A stretch of 64,000 nt of DNA from Myxococcota bacterium (GTDB taxonomy: Bacteria > Myxococcota_A > UBA796 > SXON01): contig JAZKFH010000037.1 of the NCBI GenBank assembly GCA_040386535.1, positions 10,430 to 74,429 of the forward strand, in the 5' to 3' direction. The first letter of the stretch is position 1. Each line of letters begins with the position of its first letter. This document shows, in pieces, positions 1 to 9,535 of this stretch. Made by a program: the position numbers and the translations under genes. The notes beneath the pieces are model-generated. The model was given only the letters and a program-made list of their open reading frames with translations. It was not told where the DNA came from and ran no database searches.

Positions 1-89
1 CTGGACGCGCCGAACTGACGGGATGAGCGGCCATCCCCCGAGTTCGGCGCGCTGGACTTCCCCTGTCCGGACGGGCCTCGGGCGAAGGC

Positions 90-473
90 ATGTCCGCGGA
101 GCTGCGTCTGCAGTGGGCCCTGGACGGGGAGCCTCAGGTGCGGAGCTTCGTGAACCTCGCGAAGACCCCCGGTGGCGGCTCGCATGTGGCCGGGCTCCAG
201 CGAGGCCTCGGCGCGCTCGCGCGTGTCCTCGCGCTCGAAAGGCCAGAGGAGATCGCTCAGCTGTTGGGCCGGTACGTCGTGGCGGTGGTCTCCGTGCTCC
301 ACTTCAGGCCCACATTCGCGGGGCCCACCCGCGACCGGCTGGAGGCCCCGGAGATCGAGCCGCTCGTCGCCGGGGCGGTCGAGGCCTGCCTGATGGAGTT
401 CGCACAGTCCCGCCCGGAAGAGGCGCGGGCGCTCGTCACGTGGGTGACCGAGCGCGATCGGCGGGGGTGGTAG
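90..473 (+). CDS. GyrB/ParE-like fragment (transducer-domain-like), no TOPRIM domain; 5' part uncertain
   Basis: LQW..SFVN..TPGGGSHVAGL..GL..V.H..PTFAGPT..RL resembles the GyrB middle domain. An in-frame TGA at 24-26 means any upstream part is in another frame or absent. Confidence 0.6.
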   Translation: MSAELRLQWALDGEPQVRSFVNLAKTPGGGSHVAGLQRGLGALARVLALERPEEIAQLLGRYVVAVVSVLHFRPTFAGPTRDRLEAPEIEPLVAGAVEACLMEFAQSRPEEARALVTWVTERDRRGW

Positions 474-510
474 GGCAGCCTTCGTACGCCTCCTCGATCG
501 GGTCGACAGC

Positions 511-564
511 GGGGTGCCTCCGGGCGTTGCGGGGCGGAGCCCCGCCCCAGTCACCCCCACACGC
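511..564 (+). repeat. REP-like repeat, family A copy 1
   Basis: ggggtgcctccgggcgttgcggggcggagccccgccccagtcacccccacacgc; contains hairpin GCGGGGC-GGA-GCCCCGC; differs from 4740-4792 by one C; lies between convergent genes. Confidence 0.85.
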
Positions 565-608
565 ATCGTGCCACCCCGACGTTGCCGGTGGCCGGGGGTT
601 GTACCCGG

Positions 609-2432
609 CTAGTGCGGCGGCACATAGTGCAGCGGCCCGCCGACGCCGACCGGGACCCCGAACGCGTACCAGGCCAGGAGGAGCCCGGTCCACGTGAGCC
701 CGAACACCACCGAGTAGGGCACCATCAGCGACATCAGCGTGCCGATCCCCGCGTCCTTCCGGTACTTCTGCAGTACGGCCAGGATGATGAGCTGGTAGCT
801 GTTGAGCGGGGTGACGATGTTCACCACCGAGTCACCGATGCGGTAGGCGGCGACGGTCAGCTCGGGGCTGATGCCGACCATCATGAACATCGGGATGAAG
901 ATCGGTGCCAGGACACCGAACTTGCTCAACATGCCGCTGATGGCGAAGTCACCCATGACGACGAGCAGGACGAAGAGCGTCAGCAGCATGGGGATGGGCA
1001 GGCTCGCCTCGACCAGCAGGGATCCGCCGGCGTAGGCGAGCATGCGGTCGAGCCGCGTGTAGGCGAACCAGTTGACGAACTGGGCCATGAAGAACGCGAT
1101 GGCGAGCACCGGCACGATGCTGCGGATGCCGTGGTAGAGCGCGTCCACGAAGTCCTGCTGGCGGCGCAGCGCCCCGGTCCACCCGCCGTACACGAGCCCC
1201 GGCACGAGGAACGCGAAGAAGATCATCGGCACGATGACGTGCGACCAGCGCGTGCCCGGGCTCTCGGCCAGCCGGCCCTTGGCGGCCGTCTCGGTGACGA
1301 GGAGGGGCTCACGGGCGAGGATGTCGCGGGCCGCGGCGGCCGTCTCGGTGCCCCCCGGCGCCACGGTGACGGCCTGGTGCACGATGACGAGGTCGTTGGC
1401 GAGCGCGGGCTGGCCCGGGCCGTAGAGCGGGGCGCCCGGCACGAGCACGAAGGCGGCGAAGAGGGCGATCACGGCGATGCCCGCGGCGATGGCGAGGCCG
1501 AGGCCGGTCCTCTCCCGCGCGGTGAGGGCCATGCCGCGCACCACGTCGTCGCCGCCCTCCACGGGCAGGCCCGCGCGGAGCAGCCGCGGCTCGATGACGC
1601 GATCGGTGACGAACCAGCCGGCGATCGTCACGATGCCGACGGAGCCCGCCTTGAAGAAGGCGTTGTGCAGGATGTTGACCGTGTACTCGGGGTCGATGAC
1701 GCGGGCGGCGTCCTGGGCGAAGCCGGCGAGGGCGCCGTCGCCGCCGGTGGGGAAGAAGCCGGCCCCGAAGCCGCCGGACACCCCCGCGAACGCGGCCGCG
1801 AGCCCGGCGATCGGGTGCCGGCCGACCGCCCCGTACAGGGCCGCGGCCAGCGGCGGCAGGATGATGTAGCCGGCGTCGCTCGCGACGGAGGCGTTGGCCC
1901 CGAGCAGGACGATCGCGGGGGTGAGGAGCCGCGCGGGCGTGAGGATCGCGAGGAAGCGCATGAGCGCGCTGAAGAAGCCGAACTTCTCGGCGACCCCGAT
2001 GCCGAGCATCGCCACGAAGATGAGCCCGAGCGCCGGCAACCCCGTGAAGTTGCGGAGCATCGAGGACATGGCCCAGTAGAAGCCGTCCGCGGTCAGGAGG
2101 CTCCGCGGGGTGACCGGGGCGCCGTTGTCCACGAGCGTGACGATCGGCAGGCCGTCCTCCCCGAGCTTCGGCACCCTCCGCGGGGCGCCAGCGTCGTCGA
2201 GCACCGGGGCCCCGGTGGCGTCGAGCCTCTCGATGAGCTCGACCGTCGGCTTGACCGGCTGGACGCTCCAGTCGAGGGCGTGCCCGACGGCGGACACCAC
2301 CAGCACGACCGCGGCGAGGATGACGAACAGGAGGACCGGCTCGGGCAGCTTGTTGCCGGCCCACTCGATCCAGTCGAGGAGGCCGCGGCGCGGCGGAGGT
2401 TGGGGGCGGTCGGCGGGCTCGGGGGACGACAT
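609..2432 (-). CDS. abgT: AbgT family transporter
   Basis: LDWIEWAGNKLPEP, NFTGLPALG, GVSGGFGA, YRIGDSVVNIVTP motifs; many TM helices; ATG at 2432. Confidence 0.9.
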   Translation of the reverse strand: MSSPEPADRPQPPPRRGLLDWIEWAGNKLPEPVLLFVILAAVVLVVSAVGHALDWSVQPVKPTVELIERLDATGAPVLDDAGAPRRVPKLGEDGLPIVTLVDNGAPVTPRSLLTADGFYWAMSSMLRNFTGLPALGLIFVAMLGIGVAEKFGFFSALMRFLAILTPARLLTPAIVLLGANASVASDAGYIILPPLAAALYGAVGRHPIAGLAAAFAGVSGGFGAGFFPTGGDGALAGFAQDAARVIDPEYTVNILHNAFFKAGSVGIVTIAGWFVTDRVIEPRLLRAGLPVEGGDDVVRGMALTARERTGLGLAIAAGIAVIALFAAFVLVPGAPLYGPGQPALANDLVIVHQAVTVAPGGTETAAAARDILAREPLLVTETAAKGRLAESPGTRWSHVIVPMIFFAFLVPGLVYGGWTGALRRQQDFVDALYHGIRSIVPVLAIAFFMAQFVNWFAYTRLDRMLAYAGGSLLVEASLPIPMLLTLFVLLVVMGDFAISGMLSKFGVLAPIFIPMFMMVGISPELTVAAYRIGDSVVNIVTPLNSYQLIILAVLQKYRKDAGIGTLMSLMVPYSVVFGLTWTGLLLAWYAFGVPVGVGGPLHYVPPH

Positions 2433-2490
2433 GGGGCGCAGAGTAGCCCGGCGTCGGGACGACGCGGAGCCGGAGGAGGGGCCACCCCGT

Positions 2491-3453
2491 TCAGAGCTCC
2501 GCCCCCACGACGAGCGCCGGATCCAGCCACCCGAGCGGCCATCCCTCCACCTTCGCGCAGGCGCCGCCGAACGCGCACAGCACGGGGGTGGCGAACTCCT
2601 GGAAGAGGTACCAGCGCCCCGACGCATCGACGTGGTAGGGGCCGCAGCTGCCGGCCTCGGCGAGCGACGCGGGGGCGGCGCGGCGCGGATCCGCCGCCAG
2701 GGGCAGCCTGGACGCGGGATCGTAGAGGCGGCACCCGGTCCAGCAGGCGTCGCCGCAGCTGACGCTCTCGACGGTCAGCAGCCAGGGCCCGAGCTCGACG
2801 TAGCCTCCGCACATCGCGTAGTCCGCGTCGTCGGTGCAGCTCACGTCGGCCGGGAGCGCCAGCTTGCGTGCCCTGTCGAAGTAGACGGGGGCCGGGATCG
2901 GCAGCAGGGCGCGGGCCCCCAGCTCGGCGAGGGCATCCCCGTCGACGAGCGCGGCCCTCGCCATCGCCTGCTCGAAGGCCGCGATGGAGGCCTCGTCGGT
3001 CTCCAGCGGGCCCGGTGCACCCGCGATGCCGACGACGCCGCGGTGGTCGGGCCCAAGGCGGATGGACTCCGGGCCCTGGCGAACGGAATTCAGGTAGCGG
3101 TCCTGGAACTCCCAGGTGAGCCGGCCGGGGGGAACCCCGGTCGCGAGCAGCCGGGGCTTCGGCCGCGCCTCCCGCAGGTCGAGCGCCTCGACGCGGTCGC
3201 CGCGCCGGAGCAGGAGCACCTCGCCCTGTGCGTCCCAGAGCGCGTCGTCGAGCGTGCCCTCGAACACGACGCGGCGCGCCTTCCCGTCCGCGGTCCGCGC
3301 CTCCACCCCCTTGGCACCGAGGACCAGGTACACCGGCGCGCCGCCGCCGAGCTTGCGGAGGCGCGCGGACATGCCCGACGCGGCCTCGGGGGCAGGCGCC
3401 GCGACGGCGGGCAGAGCGCAGGCCGCGATCACGACGGCGGCGAGGAATCGCAT
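2491..3453 (-). CDS. Secreted hypothetical protein with Cys-rich C-terminus
   Basis: Signal peptide MRFLAAVVIAACALPAVAA; SCGDACWTGC motif. Confidence 0.7.
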   Translation of the reverse strand: MRFLAAVVIAACALPAVAAPAPEAASGMSARLRKLGGGAPVYLVLGAKGVEARTADGKARRVVFEGTLDDALWDAQGEVLLLRRGDRVEALDLREARPKPRLLATGVPPGRLTWEFQDRYLNSVRQGPESIRLGPDHRGVVGIAGAPGPLETDEASIAAFEQAMARAALVDGDALAELGARALLPIPAPVYFDRARKLALPADVSCTDDADYAMCGGYVELGPWLLTVESVSCGDACWTGCRLYDPASRLPLAADPRRAAPASLAEAGSCGPYHVDASGRWYLFQEFATPVLCAFGGACAKVEGWPLGWLDPALVVGAEL

Positions 3454-3524
3454 GGTGGCATCCCGGGCGAGCCCGCACGATGGCCCGGCGCGCACCAGAC
3501 CGCAATGGCCCGCCCGGTCGCGCG

Positions 3525-4140
3525 TCACGCGCCCGTTCGGGTGTCGTCGAGTCGCACCACTTGCAGACAGATGAGCGCGACACAGTCGGGCGGCGCGTCC
3601 TCGGCAACGATCGAGCGCACGGCCTGGAAGTACGCGTCGTGCGCTTCGCGCAGCCGGTGCAGCTGTTCGAGGGAGACCGAGACGAGGTTGTACGCGAAGC
3701 CCCCGTCCACGCCAGCCTCCAGCCGCTCCACACCCACCCTCGCCCAGAATGCCTTGAGACGACGCGCCGTCTCGGGCGTTCGCCGGGTGTCGACCGCCCC
3801 CATGGCGACGGGGCGCCAGGTGCCCTGGACCTTGCGCGCGAGGCCCGCGGCCTCCAGCCCCTCGAGGCAACGGTCGATGTCTTGCCGATCCCGGCGGAGG
3901 CCGGAGCTGATCGTCGCAGGGTCGCCGCGCATGCTCGGCACCTCGAGCGCACGCAGCACGGCCATGGCCCACGGGGTGTCGATGGCGACGCTGCGTTGCG
4001 CCTCCAAGCGAGCCCACACCCCCGAAATGCTGGGGAGCTGCCGCGGGTCCACGAGCACGGCCAGCAGGTCGACGAGGCGCAGCGACGCGGCCTCGACCAT
4101 CCGCAGGAAGTCGGGGAGGCGGGGCTCCGCGTCCCCCGCT
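3525..4140 (-). pseudogene. 5'-truncated HTH/DUF4423-type regulator remnant
   Basis: GDAEPRLPDFLRMVEA..LKAFW..FAYNLVSVS..Y...RSIVAE resembles the C-terminal part of myxobacterial DUF4423-like proteins; upstream sequence does not look like the missing N-terminus. Confidence 0.5.
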
Positions 4141-4200
4141 GCTACCCGGAAAGTGCTGTGCCGAGCTTCGCCCCGCTGCCTGGCGGGGCAAGATGCGGGT

Positions 4201-4737
4201 GTGAGGAACGTCATGCTTCTACTCGTGCTCGTTGGTTGTGGTGGGCAGTCTGGTGAGAACGACCGCACGGGCGCGGACTGTGAGGCGGTTTCCGCGGAGC
4301 CGCTCGCCGGGGTTTCGGAGACGGACTGGCCGGAGGGGCTCGGCGAGCTCCTGGCCGCCTACGAGGGCCTCGAGGGGCAGTGGACTGGCACGCTCCGCTG
4401 TCTCGATCAAGAGGATCGAGTGGCGACGATCGACATCGCCATCGACGACTCGCTGGTCCTGAACGCGCTCGAAGGTGCAAGCTGCGACGAGGACGCGACC
4501 GTCACGGGCTCGACGAGCTTCTCGCTGGTCGCCCGTGGGCTCGAGGAGAACCAGTCGTTGGAGACTGGCCTCTTCGGCGGCGCCGTCCTCATGTCCGGTG
4601 TCGGGATCGATCTCCGGTGGCTCGCCGACGGCTCGTTGAGCTCCTCCGCGCTCGATCCCGTGCGGTGGAGCGAAGCCGCCGCGGGGTCCGACGCCACCTG
4701 TGAGCTGGTGGAGGTGGCGCCGGCCGGAGAGCCGTAG
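4201..4737 (+). CDS. Hypothetical lipoprotein
   Basis: Lipobox LVLVGC; start GTG 4201 or ATG 4213. Confidence 0.75.
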   Translation: MRNVMLLLVLVGCGGQSGENDRTGADCEAVSAEPLAGVSETDWPEGLGELLAAYEGLEGQWTGTLRCLDQEDRVATIDIAIDDSLVLNALEGASCDEDATVTGSTSFSLVARGLEENQSLETGLFGGAVLMSGVGIDLRWLADGSLSSSALDPVRWSEAAAGSDATCELVEVAPAGEP

Positions 4738-4739
4738 GT

Positions 4740-4792
4740 GGGGTGCCTCCGGGCGTTGCGGGGCGGAGCCCCGCCCCAGTCACCCCACACGC
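4740..4792 (+). repeat. REP-like repeat, family A copy 2
   Basis: Near-identical to 511-564; 2 nt after the stop of 4201-4737, between convergent genes. Confidence 0.85.
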
Positions 4793-4812
4793 GTGTCACC
4801 TCGTGGGAGCCG

Positions 4813-5166
4813 TCACCGGTCCAGGGCGATCTGCATGCCGACGATCACGGGGCCGTCGAAGGTGTAGACGTGATGAACGGTGGAGTCGGCGATGACCGTG
4901 CCGGCGAGGTCCTTGACCACCTGGTGCACCTCGACGTCGTAGCGCCCGTCCTCATCCCGTTCGATGCGGAGCGGCTCGACATGCGGATCGATCTCCGCCC
5001 ACTGCGCCTCCCAGTACGCGCGAACCGCCTCGGGGCCCCGCACCACGCCGCCCTTGAAGGCTCGGGGCCACGTCACGTCCGGTGACATGCGGTCGGTCAC
5101 GTACGAGCTGTCGCGGCGGTTGAACGCGGCGTAGAGGGCGCGGATCTGCTGCTTTGGGTCGGTCAT
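4813..5166 (-). CDS. SnoaL-like / NTF2 family protein
   Basis: LYAAFNRRD..DVTWP..GG..G.EAVRAYW..VHQVVKDL.G pattern. Confidence 0.85.
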   Translation of the reverse strand: MTDPKQQIRALYAAFNRRDSSYVTDRMSPDVTWPRAFKGGVVRGPEAVRAYWEAQWAEIDPHVEPLRIERDEDGRYDVEVHQVVKDLAGTVIADSTVHHVYTFDGPVIVGMQIALDR

Positions 5167-5199
5167 GGGGGCCTCCACTCGTGGGCGAGGGGGGCGAGC

Positions 5200-6435
5200 C
5201 TATCGCACGCCCTCCTCCGTTGGGTTGGGAGTCGCGCACGTGGCCGACCAGAGCAGCGCGGCCGCGGCGCAGCCGGCGGGGTCGAAGGCGATCAGCTCGG
5301 CGCGCTCGAAGGGTTGGAAGTCGTTGCGCCCGAAGAAGGCCTCGGCCAGCTCCGCCCCGTACTCCGCGGCGTTGTTCAACGCGTACGCGCGCTGGCGCTC
5401 GCCGGGCGCGGACCGGACGTGCCGGACCTGCTCGTAGCGACCGGACAGGACGGCGTCCTCGTAGGCCGCCTGGAGGGCGCCCAGGCGCGTGGCATCGGCG
5501 CGGTGCTCCAGGACGTGGGTGAGCTCGTGCAGGAGCACCATGGGCTGGGCATTGGCGCGGTAGTCCAGGTAGGCCGTGGGGTCGTAGAACTCGATCACGC
5601 CCTCGCGCTCCGCGTCCAGGCCGTTCGCGACGAGCCAGCCCGCGGAGCGGTGGGTGGCGACGACGTGGAGGCGATCTCCGTCGACATCGTAGGCCTCGAC
5701 ATCCACCACGATGCGCGCGCCGGCCAGGCTCGCCATCGCAGCGGGCGGCGCGACGCGAGCGATCATCGCGAGGTCCTCCCGCAGCGCGCGCCGGACGCGA
5801 TCCTCGAGGTCGGAGCCGGCCGGCACGTCGGGGTGCCAGAGCACCTGCAGCCACGTGAGCGCCTCGACGCGGTACTCGCGCAGCGGCGCGATGCGGAGCC
5901 CGTCCTCCCGGTGCTTCGGCGGGGCGCGGCCGGGGAGATCGAGCGCCAGCACCTCGTCGATCATCCGTCCCGTCACCGCCGGTTCGGCGACCCGCTTCGC
6001 GAGGAAGTCCCGCGCGTTGTAGACCTCGATCACGCCTTCGCGCGCGCCGTCGAGCCCGTGCGCCTCGAGCCAGGCGGCGGACCGGTGGTAGCCCAGGCCC
6101 CGCCCGCCCGAAGGGAGCGCGCCCATCGCCGGGGAGGTGGGCGCCACCGCGACACGGATCTCGGACAACCGGGCCACGTTCGGCGGGGGCCCCGTCTGCG
6201 CATAGGCGCGCAGGTCGGCGTCCAGGGCCGCGCGGACCTCGGCGCGCAGGGCCACGTCCTCCCGGAACGCCGGATGCCACAACACCCGCGCGCCGCCGAG
6301 CATCTCTGCGTCATACGACGCGAGGGCGAGGAGGCGGTCGGCCTCCACGGGGGCGGTGGGGCGGGTGGGCGGTTCGGCCTGCGCCCCCGCGTCGTCGCGG
6401 CAGGCGAGCAGGAACACGAAGATTGCAGGGTTCAC
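5200..6435 (-). CDS. Zinc metallopeptidase-like lipoprotein with duplicated N-terminal subdomain
   Basis: Lipobox LLAC; MVLLHELTH (HExxH); YALNNAAEYGAELAEAFFGRNDFQPF. Confidence 0.75.
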   Translation of the reverse strand: MNPAIFVFLLACRDDAGAQAEPPTRPTAPVEADRLLALASYDAEMLGGARVLWHPAFREDVALRAEVRAALDADLRAYAQTGPPPNVARLSEIRVAVAPTSPAMGALPSGGRGLGYHRSAAWLEAHGLDGAREGVIEVYNARDFLAKRVAEPAVTGRMIDEVLALDLPGRAPPKHREDGLRIAPLREYRVEALTWLQVLWHPDVPAGSDLEDRVRRALREDLAMIARVAPPAAMASLAGARIVVDVEAYDVDGDRLHVVATHRSAGWLVANGLDAEREGVIEFYDPTAYLDYRANAQPMVLLHELTHVLEHRADATRLGALQAAYEDAVLSGRYEQVRHVRSAPGERQRAYALNNAAEYGAELAEAFFGRNDFQPFERAELIAFDPAGCAAAALLWSATCATPNPTEEGVR

Positions 6436-6508
6436 CGCGTGAACCTACCACGAGGGGGAACGGTACAAAGGCGAGGCGGAGGGACGGGGACTTCGCCCCC
6501 GAGATGAC

Positions 6509-6641
6509 GCGCCAGGCGCCTGGAGGTCGGCCGCCCGCTCGGGGGCGGACGGTCCCCGCCGGCCTCCGGCGGGACCGAGCGGCTTTGCCGGGAGACCGGA
6601 AGGCGCCGACGGGGCCGCGTCCGCGCGGACCCGGGGCGCCC
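6509..6641 (+). repeat. Dispersed GC-rich repeat, family B copy 1
   Basis: Aligns by eye with 43186-43316 (gcgccagg..ggag..cggccg..cggt.cccgccgg..accgag..cgtccgcg..cggggcgccc). Confidence 0.55.
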
Positions 6642-6678
6642 GCCCGGCTGTCGCGCGCACCCGTGATAGGCGTCGCCA

Positions 6679-7554
6679 ATGGTCCACGCCCTCTTCGGCC
6701 TCCTCGCGCTCGTCGGCGTCGTGTGCGCGGGGGAGCCCGTCGTCATCCCGGGCAGCGAGGTGCGGCTCCCCGCGCAGCCCGGCTTCGTCGTGGAGAAGCG
6801 GTGGGTGGGCGTCGGCAACCCCACGACGCAGGCCGCGCTCGTGGTCAATCGGATGGACGCGCCCGCGGCGGTGATGATCGGGGCGACGGGGCCAGAGGCG
6901 CTCGCCCAGCAGGGCGTCATGATCACCGAGCAGCGCCCCGTGCGCATCGGGCGCTACCGCGGCACCTGGATGGAGGGGCTGCAGTCGGGCCTGTTCGTGT
7001 GGGTGGTGATCGTCGGGGACGACGACCACACCTGGGTGTTCAAGGGCACGGCGCCCACCGCCGAGGCCGGACGCGCCGTGGAGCAGATGATGAAGGGCGC
7101 CACGTGGGGCGAGCTCGCCCCAGCCGCGCTGGCGTTCGTCGTGGAGGCGCCGAGCGGGCTGAAGCACGCCGCCGACGCAGGCGGGGCGAGCATCTACACC
7201 GTCGACGGCACCCTGACGGCGGTCGGCAAGCCGCTCTTCGTGGTCGCGGTGTCCGTGCGACCGTTGCCGCCGACGGAGGAGTCCGCGCGGGCGATGTTCG
7301 GGAAGGTGACCGGCCTGGAGGGCGTGACCGTGGAGGGCGTGACGCCGGTGGTCCAGGCCGGCCGGAGCGGCTGGGACCTGCGCGGGCAGGGCGTGGACGT
7401 GACCACGAAGGCGCCGATGCTCGTGTGGCAGCGCGTGCTTTTCTCGGCCGACGGGCTCTACTTGCGCTGCCTGGGCGTGGGGCCGCTCGCGGAGGCGGAG
7501 GTGTGGGGCCCGGCGTACCAGGCGGCCGCGGGGACGTTGCGGGACGCGCCGTAG
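6679..7554 (+). CDS. Secreted hypothetical protein
   Basis: Signal peptide MVHALFGLLALVGVVCA; protein-like composition. Confidence 0.75.
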   Translation: MVHALFGLLALVGVVCAGEPVVIPGSEVRLPAQPGFVVEKRWVGVGNPTTQAALVVNRMDAPAAVMIGATGPEALAQQGVMITEQRPVRIGRYRGTWMEGLQSGLFVWVVIVGDDDHTWVFKGTAPTAEAGRAVEQMMKGATWGELAPAALAFVVEAPSGLKHAADAGGASIYTVDGTLTAVGKPLFVVAVSVRPLPPTEESARAMFGKVTGLEGVTVEGVTPVVQAGRSGWDLRGQGVDVTTKAPMLVWQRVLFSADGLYLRCLGVGPLAEAEVWGPAYQAAAGTLRDAP

Positions 7555-7625
7555 GTGGGCGTCTACCTGGTCGCCGGGGCCTGGCCCCTACGTGGTCGCG
7601 CTCGCCATGAGGCGCGGGTGAACCC

Positions 7626-8936
7626 GTGATCCTCGCCCTCGTGCTCGGGGCGGCCGCGGCCGGTCTCGCGATCCCGCCGGGAGAGGCGGCGTCCGCATGG
7701 GCGGCCCCGCTCGTGCTCGCCGGCCTCGCGGACGGTCCGGCGTTGGTCGCCGTGCGCGTCGAGGGCGAGGTGTGGGTGCTCGAAGCGGCCTCTCCAGGCG
7801 GCGCGCGGGAGGCCCGGATCGGCGCACCGACCACCGCGCGCGGACGCGAAGACGTGGCGTTGTTAGCGGCGAGCCTGTTGCGGGCCGGTCCGGCCGTCGC
7901 CCTCCCGGACATTGCTGGCGGGGCGAAGTCTCCCGTCTCCTGGGGCGGGGGGGGAGCCCCCCCGCAACGCCCCCCCCGGATCCCGGCGGGCACTGGCGTG
8001 GGGGTGGGCGCGACCGGCGAGAACGCGGGCGGTGTCGCGACGGCGGCGGCCCCGGCCGGCGTGGCCCCGGAGGCGCTGCGCTCGGGCTCTGCCGGGCCGC
8101 CGATGCCCGTCGCCACGGCATCGGCGGCCCCGCCCGTCGCGGCCCCGCCCGTCGCGGCCCCGCCCGCGGCGCCTCCCTCCGCGATCCCGCCCACCGCGGA
8201 TCCGGCGCCGTCTAACGACGCGCTGCCGCAGATCCTCGGGCCGGTGCCTGCGGCGACCGTTCCACCTCCCGCGGTCGCGCAAACCCCGCCCGCGCCGGTC
8301 GCCGCCCCGCCGTCGCTCCTCCCTGTCGACGCCTCCGCCGTCGCGACGATCTCGCCGCCAGCCGCCGCCGCCAGGACGCTCAGCCCGGCGTCCCCGGCGC
8401 CGCTCGCCCCACCCCCGGACCCGCCCGGCGCCGCCCCCCACCTCTCGCTCACCGCCGGCCTCACCCTCTCCGTCCGGGACAGCCTCGCCCCGAGCGCCGG
8501 GGCGCTCGTCGGCGGCTCCGTGCGCCTCCCGCACGTGCCGGACCACGCGCGGTTCGCCGTCTCCGCCTACGTGAGCGGCACCCTCCCGACCAGGGCGGGC
8601 GACGTCGATCCCGCCGCCCGGGTCACCGGCGCGCGCGCCGCCGCCCTCGCCGAGCTCCGCGCGCCGGGCCGGCTCGCGCCGTTCGTGGCCGCGGGCCCCG
8701 CCGTCTCCCTCCTCGTGTTCGCCCCCTCCGCGGCCGACGCGCCCCAGACCGGCATCACCCCCGGCGTCGTGGTGCGCGCGGGCGCAGGCTGGCCCATCTC
8801 CGCGCTTGCGCGCCTCGAGCTCGTCGTGGACGGAGGCGCCGACTCCCGCGCCGTACGCATCGGCCGTGACGACGAGGTGGTCCAGACCCTCGGGCGCGTC
8901 TGGGCCTCCGCGGGCGTGTTCGTCCATTTCGAGTGA
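7626..8936 (+). CDS. Secreted protein: small N-domain, Pro/Ala stalk, C-terminal beta-barrel-like domain (cassette 1 gene 1)
   Basis: Signal peptide; REDVALLAASLL shared with 25489-26961; amphipathic strands ending AGVFVHFE. Confidence 0.75.
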   Translation: MILALVLGAAAAGLAIPPGEAASAWAAPLVLAGLADGPALVAVRVEGEVWVLEAASPGGAREARIGAPTTARGREDVALLAASLLRAGPAVALPDIAGGAKSPVSWGGGGAPPQRPPRIPAGTGVGVGATGENAGGVATAAAPAGVAPEALRSGSAGPPMPVATASAAPPVAAPPVAAPPAAPPSAIPPTADPAPSNDALPQILGPVPAATVPPPAVAQTPPAPVAAPPSLLPVDASAVATISPPAAAARTLSPASPAPLAPPPDPPGAAPHLSLTAGLTLSVRDSLAPSAGALVGGSVRLPHVPDHARFAVSAYVSGTLPTRAGDVDPAARVTGARAAALAELRAPGRLAPFVAAGPAVSLLVFAPSAADAPQTGITPGVVVRAGAGWPISALARLELVVDGGADSRAVRIGRDDEVVQTLGRVWASAGVFVHFE

Positions 8937-8968
8937 TCCGCCCGCCGAGATCTCCGCAACCCCGGTTG

Positions 8969-9535
8969 ATGGACCACCCGCCGGCCCGCACCCGCCCTGA
9001 CGACGCCCGCGCGGACGAGCACGCCTTCCTGGCCGGCCTCCTCCCCGTCGTCGCCACGTGGTGCGCCCGCCTCGCCGCGCCCGGGGTGGATGCCGACGCC
9101 GCCGCGCACGACGTGCTGCTGGTGCTGCTGCGTCGCCGCGCGGATCTGCGTCCCGATGTGTCCCCGCTCCCGTGGGCCTACGCCGTCACGCGCCAGGTGC
9201 TCCGCGCCCACGGGCGCACGTCCTGGCTCCGCCGCTGGCTGCCCGGCGCGGTGCGAGACCGGCCCGCCCCCTCCGATCCGCAGCGGGACTACGCCGGCGC
9301 GGAGCGCGCGCGTCTCGTGGCAGACGTGCTCGGCGGGCTCGATGAGGCCTACCGCGAGGTGCTCGTGCTCTGCGACGTCGAGGAGCGCTCCCGCGCCGAG
9401 GTGGCCGCGCTCCTGGGCGTCCCCACGGGCACGGTGAAGAGCCGGCTCCGCCTCGCCCGGGAGGCGTTCCGCGCCCGGGCCGCCCGCCGGGGGGTCACCC
9501 TCATGCTGCTCGTCGAGGAGCCCGAAGATGGCTGA
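8969..9535 (+). CDS. ECF sigma-70 factor (cassette 1)
   Basis: Region 2 DAAAHDVLL..PWAYAV; region 4 REVLVLCDVEE..EVAALLGVPTGTVKSRLRLAR. Alternative start GTG 8933. Confidence 0.92.
   Translation: MDHPPARTRPDDARADEHAFLAGLLPVVATWCARLAAPGVDADAAAHDVLLVLLRRRADLRPDVSPLPWAYAVTRQVLRAHGRTSWLRRWLPGAVRDRPAPSDPQRDYAGAERARLVADVLGGLDEAYREVLVLCDVEERSRAEVAALLGVPTGTVKSRLRLAREAFRARAARRGVTLMLLVEEPEDG

Noticed and set aside
90..473. Functional gyrB gene
   Set aside because: Ends before any TOPRIM domain, so no gene symbol was assigned.
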